Numbered from the whole stretch's first letter, positions 1 through 11,698 are shown. The stretch is DNA of 56,470 nt, filler included, from Sphacelaria rigidula (GCA_964200075.2; 4 parts of 4 records of this genome joined end to end with filler, not necessarily neighbours in it); one strand, 5' to 3'. Numbers and translations: made by a program. Notes: generated from the sequence alone by a model not told the origin.

Positions 1-37
1 GGGGGTGTGGGGGAAGAAGATGGCGGGGGGGGAAGGA

Positions 38-91
<54 letters not shown>
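1..91. repeat. Poly-G / G-rich run at the contig end
   Basis: About 50 consecutive G at 41-91, preceded by G-rich sequence. A poly-C run sits at the other end of the window (~56406-56448). Confidence 0.9.
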
Positions 92-92
<1 letters not shown>

Positions 93-739
93 GACGCACG
101 GCCAGGCCGGGAAACGGTCAAATGGAGTATGACTGCACAGTCACACAGGGCTTTTTACTCGAAAATCATGCAGCAGCCAAACTACATCGCGCTCGTTGTC
201 TAGTGAAACGGTTGGGCGTGCACACCATGAGAGCTGCCCGTTTTCATTCCTTCCGCATGCGCGTGCCACGGAACTGTGGCAACCCAGGACGAAATGGCGT
301 AAAAAATAGATATATACCAACCGGCAACCAAACGACACAACGACGCGTAGGAGAGAGCGACATGGCCTATAGACTACTCTGTACTTGGTGTCTGCAATGA
401 TGCAACACAAATCTAGCCAGTGGGCCATGCCGACAGTGTTGAGCTCCAGGTTTAACCCTGTCGCTACTGAGTTTTCCCCTGTAACAGGATCAAAACTCAA
501 ACCCGCAGCTGCAGAGTTCTACTTGAAGTTGGGGCACTGTCACGGAAACCACGTTGATCGAGATGAGGCACGTGTGAGTGAGTACCAGATTCGGCGGACA
601 AGAGCTAGCGGCCGACCCAGTTTGGGAAGGCTGCACCCTCCCGTCGAGACTAAAACACATGGCAAGTACCATGACCGGCGTGCCAAGGAATAATCGGAAC
701 AGAGTATGTTCTATCCTTTCTGTTTCACTCACTTTTCCC

Positions 740-870
740 CGGCGAGTGTTTCCGTTTTGTTACCTTAGATACGTCTACCTCGCGGATGATGATCGCGACT
801 ATTAATAGGTGTATCTCCTGGGGGTAAGTTATTCGGCGACAATCAAATCAATCGGGCTAATCGATTGACA
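740..870 (+). repeat. Dispersed repeat, non-LTR retroelement 3'-end-like (copy 1 of 4)
   Basis: Shares GGAT(A/G)A(C/T)GA..CGACT...CTCCTGG.GG.(C/A)AGT...GCGACAATCAA-type sequence and a CAAT-rich tail with 4125-4270 (+), 4556-4690 (-) and 17440-17580 (+). Confidence 0.55.
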
Positions 871-1938
871 CAATCATTCGTATCTACGCGCCGTAATCGA
901 CAAAGTGACGCGAATATACCATTCTTGCAGGGCAAGAGGCAATCACCCGTCTCTCAGACGCTAAGTAAACGGCGTTCACTTCTGGATGCTTTGACGTAGA
1001 TGTGTACTCTTTAGGTAGTGGTCGCACTGCATCGGGAGCGAAATACACGTACAAAGCCTACCCCTCAATCTACTGAGACTTTGAAACGTAGTGTGCTGCA
1101 TCACATGTGAGGATTATAGGCGTACGACCAACGACAAGCAGTCCCAGCTCAAGTTAATCGCCGATCAAAACTGAGACGAAGGGCAAGAGCTCACCTTCCC
1201 CGCCGTCCGGTCCCTTCGGTAATCCTACGTCCATCCCGGCAACCTTCATCAGTAGGTCCAGAATCCCAGCCTCGACGAGGGCCTCAGATCCCCGAAAACT
1301 CTCTGCCGCCACCTGGTGCGCGAGTGCGACTCCTTTATTCGGTCCAGGTATAGCGATCGACAACTCTGTCGAGCTTCTTCTGTGACGCTTCAGTACACCG
1401 ACCATAATGCCCACGTCATTTTCGGCCGCCCCGATGGGGCCGGACCCGTGTCCATTCTCTTGACTGGAGCGGGCCACGAGCACTTCCAGCAACGTGCGAA
1501 TCTGGAATTTTCCCACCGTGGTAAAAACAGGACGTCAGGTGATAGTTAATCGAACAGCGATCAGTTTCGTGTTACACTCCGACACGAGTGACCGCTGTCG
1601 CTAGTACTCCCGACCATTGTTACCAACCTCCCCGGAGCAGCGCGTTGAGTGATTTCAAGCTTCAAGCTACGCCAGGTAGGCTTGAAACGTCATGCTGATG
1701 CGTGTAGTGTTCGCGGGACTGTTCATTCAATACCCATGTCGAACATTGAGCGCCCCCGCCCCCCACGCAGTGGCAACGGAAGCGCGTTTGACGCAACAAG
1801 AGTGTTGGCGTGGTAGATGAACTGCCGGTTCTGTTGACTTCTGCTGCTACCTCTACGTGCACAGACTAAAATCAACCAGGAGGGGTAATATGATGAACCA
1901 ATTCATGAGTATGGTTTACTCCAACGCATGCGATCTAA

Positions 1939-3474
1939 CTACAACTTGATCTGTTCAAAATATGCACATGGTGGTGCCTGCCTATCCATTCCACCAGTCG
2001 AATAAGGCTGTGTCCCGCATGGCAACAATCTTTCACATGCCGCATACTCAACCTGTGTCAGAAAGTGATCCCGAAGTATCTCTGTGGCGAGGACTTGCCG
2101 TCGTTCCGGCGCTCCGGGGGTGTCAGCTATCGGCGACTCCAAATCAACCCCATCTATCGGATTCGACATCCCCGCCCCTCCGCTAGCGATTGAGCTCTTG
2201 CTGGTTTCGTATAATGATTTTCTATCAGGATCACGTGCCCGCCACCACTTACCCCTCCCGCCCCCAACCCCTTCGCCATTTTGTGGCGAGCGTAAGCGAT
2301 GAGAAACCCACCGACAGAATGGATGCACCCACCATTGCTGGCGGGCAGGTGGTGACTGCCTTAGGGCAAGTCGAACAATTAGCTCGAACCCGGTCTCTCC
2401 GTTCGCGCCACCGGATCCCGAATATACGCCGACATCTCCGCCGGTGCCTACACTGTAACGTCTTTTCTCCCGACGCCGTGCAAGGGAATTCCATCTTACG
2501 ACCAACAGCGCGGCGAAGTTGTAGCCACATTCTTTGAAATCTTTGGCGGAAACCTTTCCGCGTCCGCCGGGCGCCGGTATGGATTTAGTATTAATGGCAG
2601 TGCGGCTGCCGCTACCGCTGCCGCTGCCTAGTCTAGCTGAGGGCGGGATCGCCAAACCCGAACGAATCCTTGGAGCAAATTCTGCAGGTAACGGCGAGAC
2701 TACCACCGGCGCGCTTCGAACGCTGCTATTTTCCGCGCCTATGCCCGTTGTTGACGGCAAGCTTCTATAGCTCCCTTCATCGGTCAGGGATAGGGTTGTT
2801 AACGGTGCGTCTCCGTGAGAGGAGGCACGAATAAGTTCGGGGTTATCGCTCGAAGACGAAACTCCTCTTCCTACAAGATGCCCCTTGTGAGGCAACGCAT
2901 CTGAGGCCGGTCTTCGCATCGCCAGCAACATACCGGTGCTGTTCGTTGGGTGGGTGGACATTGCTTGCGCGGGGATGGCTGTCGTGCCGTCAGCGTCGTC
3001 TTCCGCTCCCGCAAAAGCCCATGGTTGTTTTTGCTCCTTTCCCCACAAAGGCGAAGCGATACTCTCCATCGCATCTGCTGTCATAGTACTGCACGGACGA
3101 TGTTTGACTTGGTTTCCACATGCACCCACTCCTGGCACTGTGCTACGAGAGTAGCGCTGGCCGACGGAAGATGAGCGCCGTGTCCTGGTGCTGGCAGCAG
3201 GCATGTACGTAGCGCTGAGAGCATCTTCTAACTCCGAGATCGTTGGAGGCGGTCTTGCTGACCACACTGGTGCAGTTGCCGTACAATGGGCAGCATTAGC
3301 CCCCACTCCCAACTCTAGCAGGAGAGCCAACAACGCCAAAAGGGCCTCCAGCTCATTCCATATCTCCGCTTCTTCGCCAAATCCCCCGCCGTGTGCAACG
3401 CTGGTAGTTCCCTGTGAGTTCATGTCAATATTAAGTGAGTGCGTTGTTTGTTTCGGTGTATGCTGCCGCCACAA
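1939..3474 (-). CDS. Large open frame (511 codons), probably one long internal exon (3411-2053) of the uncharacterised gene
   Basis: 1.5 kb without a stop. Amphipathic segments IWNELEALLALLALLLELG, NFAALLVVRWNSL and QVLATEILRDHFLTQ are separated by S/G/A/P-rich linkers. Plausible acceptor CACAG at 3412 and donor CAG|GTTGAG at 2052. Confidence 0.5.
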   Translation of the reverse strand: MWRQHTPKQTTHSLNIDMNSQGTTSVAHGGGFGEEAEIWNELEALLALLALLLELGVGANAAHCTATAPVWSARPPPTISELEDALSATYMPAASTRTRRSSSVGQRYSRSTVPGVGACGNQVKHRPCSTMTADAMESIASPLWGKEQKQPWAFAGAEDDADGTTAIPAQAMSTHPTNSTGMLLAMRRPASDALPHKGHLVGRGVSSSSDNPELIRASSHGDAPLTTLSLTDEGSYRSLPSTTGIGAENSSVRSAPVVVSPLPAEFAPRIRSGLAIPPSARLGSGSGSGSRTAINTKSIPAPGGRGKVSAKDFKECGYNFAALLVVRWNSLARRREKRRYSVGTGGDVGVYSGSGGANGETGFELIVRLALRQSPPARQQWWVHPFCRWVSHRLRSPQNGEGVGGGRGKWWRARDPDRKSLYETSKSSIASGGAGMSNPIDGVDLESPIADTPGAPERRQVLATEILRDHFLTQVEYAACERLLPCGTQPYSTGGMDRQAPPCAYFEQIKL

Positions 3475-3784
3475 CCCGGTGGTAAACCTGGTATATCATA
3501 TTACTATTTTACACAAACTCGATCTGTCCGAGATCCGATGGCATCGTACTTCCCTCTTGTTTTTGTCTCGCTTTCGAAGAGCTCATGGGTGAGAGCTCAT
3601 GCCCAAAATGGATGAGCCGCGACCTGTACCCGCGGTGTTCCGTATATTTTATTAGGTACGAGTGCATGTGCTTTTACGCAGGACCCTTTCCACCTGAAGC
3701 CCGGTTGCGGAGGTTGACCATTTATGATCGAAGATATTTTTGCTTGACATGATTCGCTTTTTGAATTTTCGTAGTCTACTCTGT

Positions 3785-4120
3785 CAAGGCTAGTTTACCG
3801 GCGTTGGGCTACAAGTGTCCATGGTTCACACAATTTTTTAAGTATCGCTACCCCTACCCCTAACCCCAACCCAACAAATACCGAGAGTCCTCGGGCAAAG
3901 GCGGTACATACGTTCCCTAGGCAATGTGAGGCCATGGTAGCCCCCAAGTCGGCGCGTGTGGCGCCGATTTCAAGGAAAACGCGTTCTGCTCACGCGAGAA
4001 GCACATGGGACTATCAGCCCCACCAAAATTCCGATTCTCGTTGTTTAGACTCGAATCAAGTGATACCAACCATGAACATTTGTAACCCAACGCCGGTAAA
4101 CTCTACTGACTCTGTCCGTC
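3785..4120 (+). mobile_element. Non-autonomous element with subterminal inverted repeats and a CCCTAA-like patch (copy 1)
   Basis: GTTTACCGGCGTTGGGCTACA (3793) and TGTAACCCAACGCCGGTAAAC (ends 4101) are inverted repeats. The whole ~330 bp aligns with the reverse complement of ~22590-22933, which also shows as homologous pseudo-peptides in the ORF track. Confidence 0.75.
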
Positions 4121-4124
4121 TGAT

Positions 4125-4270
4125 CCCTCATTCTGTTTTTCCTCACGTTTCTTCAGCGAGTGTTTCCGCTTTTTTTTATCTCGGGCACGTCTATCATGCG
4201 ACAACGACTGGATCATGACTCCTGGAGGATCAGTGAATGTGCGACAATCAGTGCATCAAATCAACAATAG
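4125..4270 (+). repeat. LINE-tail-like dispersed repeat (copy 2)
   Basis: ACAACGACTGGATCATGACTCCTGGAGGATCAGTGAATGTGCGACAATCA..ATCAAATCAAC. Confidence 0.55.
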
Positions 4271-4555
4271 ATCTGTGAGTTATATCATCCGGAACAGGAC
4301 AGCGGAAGTTGGGAAAGTCTAAGCGCAGCGATTGCAGTCGATCGGCTGCGCCATTTCTGTTGCGATGCTTGGAAATCGGAGGTAATAGGGAACGTGCCGG
4401 GAGGGGGATTAGTACATTAACCAAGACTATGCGGCCCCATTCTGAGGGGAAATAGGGGGGTGTTGAATTTTTACCACTATTACCATATTAAACTCTGGCG
4501 AGACTCATGCCGTGAAGATGCGAATCTTGCGGGTCGGGAGCTCTTCTGTACCGTA

Positions 4556-4690
4556 TAATTGATTTCTTTTCGCACATCAACTGATCCCCGAGGAATCGTC
4601 ATCCAGTCATGTTCATTATCCACAAGATAAAAGTGTTCAAGGTGAACAAAAACGGGAACATTCACTGAAGGAAGCTCGAGAAAGAAGGAA
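4556..4690 (-). repeat. LINE-tail-like dispersed repeat (copy 3, inverted)
   Basis: Reverse complement reads GTGGATAATGAACATGACTGGATGACGATTCCTCGGGGATCAGTTGATGTGCGAAAAGAAATCAA. Confidence 0.55.
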
Positions 4691-7600
4691 AGTGAAGATA
4701 GAGGAGGGCAGCACACTAAGTAAACTGACAAACGGGAAAGTAAATGGACAAGCACACCAACAACCAAACAAGAGCAGACGCAGGTGAAGAGAGGAGAGGG
4801 AGGAGAAAAGCTATTTAACGCCGAGATAGATCTTGTGTGTGCCGGTCCTGTCAAAGCACAAGAACAATGGCCAGCCCCTGCCGGCTGACTTCAGGTAACC
4901 AGACCTTTCAAGATGAAGCAAAACAAAGCAACGTAACGGAAAAAGAGTGACAAAAAAGGCCACGGACGCGGGTTGTATCTTACGACGGACCACTACTTTG
5001 CGTAACCATCTTGCCATGATCTCACACAACCCCACCTGCACGACTTCTGCAGTTGGCGGGCTTCTATCTAAAGTGGGAGGAGGTAGCGCCCGGCTCAGTT
5101 CACGAAGAGCGGTGGTGACCAGATGCCCCCCACCGAGATCACGTAATATGGTGTCCCCGGTGCAACTCGCCATGGGCGCATTATTTGCCAGGGAGGTCTT
5201 CAAAAACACCCGAGCTGTTTCGATTGCAATGTACCTGGATGCGAAGACACGTTGCCGAGTGACCGTCATGCAAATTACCGCGACTTCAAACGCTGGTGAG
5301 GCAGTGGGAAGCCGTGCACCCACGACACAATAGGACGAAGCAACCCATCACGCCATTGCAGTTCCAACCGCCGGGGTCCTGGGTACTTGCAAACTTCGAC
5401 GAGGGACAGCTGAATTGCACGAGTTTTATGGAAAAAAAACAGCGGAATAATGTCAAGCACAATGACTAGCCCATAACTAAAATGGCTTGCGTAGCGCCCG
5501 GCATTGCCAACTAGAGGATGTTCAGAAGGCGATCTCTTCGTTTACGAGAAGTCTTACTGGGAGTGAGATATGCAACAATGTGAATCTGACTAATTGACAC
5601 TATAGTCAGAATCAGTGATAGTGTACGGTCAAATGCATTTACCAGATGCCACGTCGAGTCCAAGCTGTGCGAAGCGATCTTGGCTGCGTTTCATTGCATG
5701 TAACGGGTCATTCAGGACAACCCCACTAGACCAGGACCGCCGCTGTGGCACGGATGTTGAAGGGCCTTGAGGCTTGACCTCTTGGCATCTCGAAGTTTTT
5801 CGTTGACTCGAGCAATTAGCGAATACTGTTCAACTATCACGAACACAAAGACTTGAACGTCTCCATTCAACTATGTCTCTTCGTCAGTGACTCCTAGAAC
5901 TCGACAAAACCACGACGGCGTCATCTACGCGCCAACACTGTTGCTCGTACTCCGATGTACGATACCAACACACAGCCAAGGTTGCTGTGCACCTGAAGGG
6001 TTTGCTCTAGAATCACTTTGCGGTTCGCACAGTGCAGCGCAAGCATTTTCATGACGGGTTTTAGACTGGCATGCTGTGGAAACCCTCGAACTCTCAGTCA
6101 TGGAGTCCAACACACCGGATCTACAGCAGCACCGCAGAGGACGACGGAGCCATGGCAGATGATGCTGAAGATGAAGATGGGGTGCATGGCCTTGGGAATG
6201 TGTCGCAACGTTGACAGACTTGGTCCACGAGAAATATTATTCAGGGATGTCACCGAAAAAGGCGGCGAAACCGTAGTCATCCACACTGCAGCAGGGTTGC
6301 TCATTCATCTTTGCGCACGAGTCAGGTTGCGTTAATTTTACTCCAAGGGTTAAGTAGGATATTTGGGTGTCCTACGGGCGTACTAGAGCCCTCGATTTCC
6401 GAGAGAGGGTTCCCAGACCTTATTTTCAGGCTTCAAGTGTGCCTCCTTAGGGTTCCGATATATACCGACCGCACACACTCAAGCGTACGCACGGGAACCT
6501 CCCCCACACACGTGTATCCGAGGCCAATCAGGGTATACTATATTCTCGACTGATGCACTGCTGGTGACTACCTAGGCTGAACTTGTACACCGACGAGCGC
6601 CAGGGAAGAAAAAAACTGTTGTTATCCCAGGATTCGCCCGAAAACAGGGTTGATAATGACATGTGTATGTTTTTCGATCCGATTGGCGTCAGTATCGCAC
6701 ATACGGTCGCGAGGCGAAAAGACTGCCTGGAATGCAACCTGTCGTACGGTGCTCCAAGGTTGTATATAATTCAAACATTGAGAGAGCTACGCCACTTTCC
6801 GTGGGCCGCGTAGCACATCCTTCATGCAGTAGCAACGTCTCCTCTCTTACAACTAGCTCAGAGTATATTTCGTCTGTAAATCGCAGCCGGAGCAAGTCTG
6901 TAGACATCTCACCATTGTTCTGAATTGTTGACTGTTCAGATAACACATTGGGGACTCCATCTTCGTACAATACCCTCGTTAGATATGCCCTAGAGTAGCT
7001 TTTTGGTGTTCAATCTTGCCTTATAGCAGCAGCACACAGATGCTGAGTGATGTCCGCTTTATCCTGTTTTCTGTGTATGTTTGGGCCCTGTTCGTTTCCC
7101 TAACATGCATCGTTTTGACGATTTCAAACCAATATATGTCCCAGCTCAGCAACCACGTTTCCCACCTATCGAGGAAGTAGATGCTCAAGCAGTCGGTTTC
7201 GCGCGGGTGGCTGTACGTGGGTACCGTGAACGGATGTATGAGTTTGGTCGGTCACTGAAACACTAGGGTATAGCGCGGCCACACCACTAGTCATTTCGAT
7301 TGTTCGGGCACATCATATACCATTCGCAATAAATAAGTTCTCCCGTTTTAGCGTGTGTACCGAGCACCCACTTTTATATATTATTGTGCCTACCACATCA
7401 CAAACACTCACCGGGCCTCTTTCCGGGTGCTATTTGCCTCCCTGCTGGACGACGACAGCGCTTGGATGGAGCGCGAAACCCTTCGGCAAAGCCCCAGAAT
7501 TGCGGCTTGCATCGCATTCAGTACCGAGGGTCTGTCTTCTTCCTCGGTAGACGTCGAGTAGGCCCTTAATCCTAACAACAGGATGTAGTTCAGGAATTCA

Positions 7601-8942
7601 GTACATCAACTCGGTACTTTTGTCTGTGGAGATGCTTTCACGAAGAGTATGGTGATATTGCCAGCAACAACGGGTGCAAAGTGGCGAGGTATCACGAAAA
7701 ACGATCGCTTACAGAGTCAGTAAAATGCGAGGTGATTTCGATGTGCCGTTACAACATTTTCAAAATGACGATAGAGGGATGCTACGGTAGGGGTGCACAA
7801 ATAGTTTCTGAGGTTCGGATTGTCAGGAGCCCTTTATTCCATCCCAAACACGACTCATGAAATATGTGAGAGTACGCGAGGGCTACTATTCCAATGTGCT
7901 AGGGATGTCCCGAATGAATTTGCAAACGGGGGTGCCCTGACCCATTTTCTTGTGCATCTAGAATCTTTAGGAGCCCCTGAACCAGACAAGATATCGCGCA
8001 AAAAGTGCAACCCTACCGTAGCATTGCTCGATACCCGGTTTGTTTTTACGGCCTCCCATTGTCAGTCGGGTAAAAAATACCCGCCCGTTCGCATGTCGCC
8101 GAGTCCGTACATGATCAAGCACAGGGTTGCGTGATGAAATGATTCCCTTCATTAATAACTCATATCCACGGGTATGATCGAAATATATCACACCCTGGAC
8201 AATACGATATATTTTCAATGTATATTAGTCGATCATCTTGGAATTTTGCGATATATTGCCAGCGTAATATATATTGGTACCCTTGGACTGTAAACGTATT
8301 GCTCGCCCAATATATACATTGGTACTGTGGGGTTGAACACATATTGTCCCATCAAAATATGTGTATATCTATATATTGGGGCAGCGTGGGCGACAACATA
8401 TTGCACGACCAATATATATTACGGTCGTATTGGTGAGAACATATTGATCGGTCAATATGTATTTGGTCTACGCGGGTGCCAATGTATTGGCCGATCAATA
8501 TGTATTGGATAATTTGAGTATGGCGTACTATTTTAAAAAAGATCTAGACGCGATGGATGCCGGAGCCCGTGCAGATTGGGAAAAGCTTCAAAGGGAGCCG
8601 CAGAAGTTTGCGTGCATTACTACGGAGAGTTTATTCGAATGCGTTTGACATATATATATATATACTGGTGAGAAAATATAGTGACAGAAGAGGCGACCCG
8701 ATATATATGCCTCCTGATATCTATCTGGCCACCGATGCGGGGCCGCCCATCCCCTTTACAGCATGTAATTGATACATCTTGGCTAAACATCACCATGACA
8801 TAAAAGGCGGGTCAATATGCGCCTTTTGGTACCCCTGCGGTCACCGGGGCTGTGTTGCTTATACCCTGGACAATACAATATGTTCCAATATGATACCAAT
8901 ATCTTGTATTGGAGCTAGCGCAAATATTGTCCTTTCAATATA

Positions 8943-9720
8943 CCACTCTGGACGGAAATATAGGTCCTTTTTCGTGCCGGAAATGTAAGTCCTTTTTTAG
9001 GCTTTTCGTGTTAAGAACGCCCCAGCTCATCTAGACGCGGGGAAATGTGTCCAAATAGTGTCATGAGGTCAGTCGAGGGGAAAAAAATGCCAGGGCCACC
9101 AGGGGACGCCAGGAAACCATCCCCGGGTTTCCACTGCATTTTTGGAGGAGATTGCCTGTTCTGGTACGTTCAACCGTACGTTAAACATGTCGTTGTACCA
9201 CTTCTAGGAGCATGAAAATGCATGCACACGTGGTTGGAAAAGTGACGATGAAAAAAAAATTCCCGGGGTGACCAGGGAACGCCAGGAAACCATCCCCGGG
9301 TTTCCAATGTGCAGCAGCCCCGGTATAGGGAAGTGGGTCTTGTCTGGGTTGTCATTGAATTCGAAACCGTATCAACACCAATCGCATGCCCCACGTCTAC
9401 ATGCAGAAATCCCTCACCTCTTCATCCACGTTGAAATTCTTTGTCTTTGGCCTCGCGGCTTCATTTTCAGCGCTAGACATGTCCATTCACACCACAAGAA
9501 GGTATCAAACCGCCACTTTAAAATCTGGGAGCCCAGTTTGCTGCTGCTGTGCGCTGGTGTATGTACGCGGGACTGGGAGATTTTTTTAAATACCCGCGCA
9601 AACGCGCGCGCGCATGTGCGGCGAGTCTAGAAAAAAACACGGTTGACACAAATTCGACCTACAGCAGAAATTATGCCGCAGAATGTAAAAATAAAGGACC
9701 TACATTTCCGTCCGGAGTGG
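8943..9720. mobile_element. MITE (778 bp) inserted in a TATATA site of the host element
   Basis: TIRs CCACTCTGGACGGAAATATAGGTCCTTT and AAAGGACCTACATTTCCGTCCGGAGTGG, flanked by TATA on both sides. The empty site TTTCAATATATATTGTGTTGAGATGTCC is visible at ~10574. Internal direct repeat CCAGG..ACGCCAGGAAACCATCCCCGGGTTTCCA at ~9099 and ~9272. Confidence 0.85.
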
Positions 9721-9850
9721 TATATATTGTGTTGAGATGTCCTTGGAGACTTTGAAGCACCAACATATATTGCTCGTGTCATGATAATGAAGAAATGCAT
9801 GACAATATATATCGGACATGCGTTTGCTCCGAGAACAAAACATTCAATAT

Positions 9851-11698
9851 CACACCCTGGACAATACAAAATGTTTCCAATATATATTAGTCGATCATAT
9901 TGGAATTTTGCGATATTTTGCCGGTGTAATATATATTGGTACCCTTAGACTGTGCATGTATTGCGCGCCCAATATATATTGATGTCGTGGGACTGCATAC
10001 ATATTGCCCGCCCAATACATATTGGTACTATTGGGTTGAACACATATTGTCCCACCAACATATATTGGTGCAGCGTGGGCGACAGCGTATTGCACGACCA
10101 GTATATATTAGGGTCGCATTGATGAGAACATATTGATTGGTCAATATATATTGGATATTATAAGTATGGTGTACGCTTTGAGAAAGATCCAGACGCGATG
10201 GGTGCCGGAGCCCGTGCAAATAAACTTCAAAGGGAGCCGCAGAACTTCGCGTGCATTACTCCGGAAAGTTGTCGAATGCGTTTGATGTATGTATATATAT
10301 GTATACTGGTCAGAAAGAATGGTGACAGAAGAGGCGACCCGGTGTAAATGCCTCCTGATACCTATCTAGCCACCGGTGCGGGGCCGCCCATCCCTTTTCC
10401 AGCATATAATATAAATATATTGGCTAAACATCACGACGACAGAAAACGCGGGTCGATATGCGCGTTTTGGTACCCCTGTGGTCACCGGGGCTGGGTTGCT
10501 TATTCCCTGGACTATACAAGATGTTCCAATATGATACCAATATTTTGAAATGGAGCCAGCGCAAAGATTGTCCTTTCAATATATATTGTGTTGAGATGTC
10601 CTCGGAGATATTGAAGCAGCAACATATATTGCTTGTGTCATAATCATGAAAAAATGTATGCCAATGTATGATACTTTCTACGATAGCCCACCCCCCAAAA
10701 GTGCATGGTTTTGGGAGGCAAAACCTTCGCGTGAATCGAAATGGAAAAAGCCGAGCACAACGAGAAGCTGGGATTCCCCACGCTTGAGTTCGTTCTAGCC
10801 TATGTCGCCAATATGAGGTGCTTCATGCAGTCTGAACCCAAACATCAGGCGCTGTATGGCCATTTTTCCCTGACACTTTTGAGCTGGTTTTTTGGGGGGG
10901 GCTATCGTAGAAAGTGCCATATATTGGACATGCAGTTGCTTCGAGAATAAAGCATTCAATATATATTGTGCATGCCGGCCGTGCGTGTATTGAGGTGTTA
11001 TTATGTATTGAGTCGAGGCGATCCGTAGCATATTTTTACCATAATATATATTGAACGCAATCCATGCAAAAGTATTGTTTTCCCAATATATTGCGCACGT
11101 TGATCGGATAGCTATGGTGCAGCCAATATATATTGAACACGCTTGCGGAGGAATACATAAAGCATATTCGGCGTGTAAAATACGTCTTTGAATGGCGCCT
11201 GCGAACAAAGAACTGCTAATCATACGCATTCCAATACACTTTCCAATGTATATGTTGAAAATCAATATATTTTGCTACACCAATATGTGTTGTGACCATC
11301 GGTTCCCTCGTGTATTGTCCGCCCAATATATATTGGACGCATTGACGCACGACATATTGGGGCGGCAATATATATTGGCGCTTCGGGTGTCGAGTATATT
11401 GAATAATCAGTATATATTGACCTCGTGTGACATTCAATATATTACCCGACAAATATATATTGGTGCTTTCTCGCACCAACCTTTTACTCGGACAATATAT
11501 GTTGAGGTGGCACGTGTCGTGATATATTGTTCGGTCAATATATATTGCATGTCGCGAGCCTTGACATATTGACGGCACAATACATATTGACCCTCTCTCG
11601 TGTCATCATATTGCTCGCCCAATATTTATTGACCACCCGACGCGTCGACATATTGAGCGGGCAATATATATATTACGTATTGTGTTGTCCAGGGTGTG
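9851..11698. mobile_element. Inner complete copy of the same TIR element, inserted into the outer copy; 8-bp TSD TTCAATAT
   Basis: 5' TIR CACACCCTGGACAATACAA at 9851; 3' TIR TTGTGTTGTCCAGGGTGTG ending 11698. TTCAATAT at 9843-9850 and 11699-11706. An 8-bp TSD with CA...TG ends fits hAT or P-type mobilisation (inference). Confidence 0.85.
10670..10918. mobile_element. Small MITE (~249 bp) inserted in the inner element
   Basis: TIRs GATACTTTCTACGATAGCCC and GGGCTATCGTAGAAAGTGCC. Absent from the homologous site of the outer copy (~9800-9815). Apparent ~4-bp AT-rich TSD. Confidence 0.8.

Larger units (their letters stand above)
1154..6310 (-). pseudogene. Putative multi-exon gene or decaying pseudogene; uncharacterised protein with ARM/HEAT-like helical segments and low-complexity linkers
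   Basis: Exon-like blocks, all on the minus strand: ~6310-5990 (LKPVMKMLALHCANRKVILEQTLQ), ~5828-5645 (apparently frameshifted, ...LHAMKRSQDRFAQLG), ~5320-5036 (DTILRDLGGGHLVTTALRELS...EVVQ|GT, phase 0), 3411-2053 (CAG acceptor, phase 0), ~1865-1630 and ~1501-1243 (IRTLLEVLVARS...EALVEAGILDLLMK). In-frame stops, frameshifts and one phase mismatch prevent an intact model. No family recognised. Confidence 0.35.

Noticed and set aside
6530-7350. Degenerate retroelement or viral coding fragment
   Set aside because: Some frames look protein-like, but no RT, integrase or helicase motif could be recognised.
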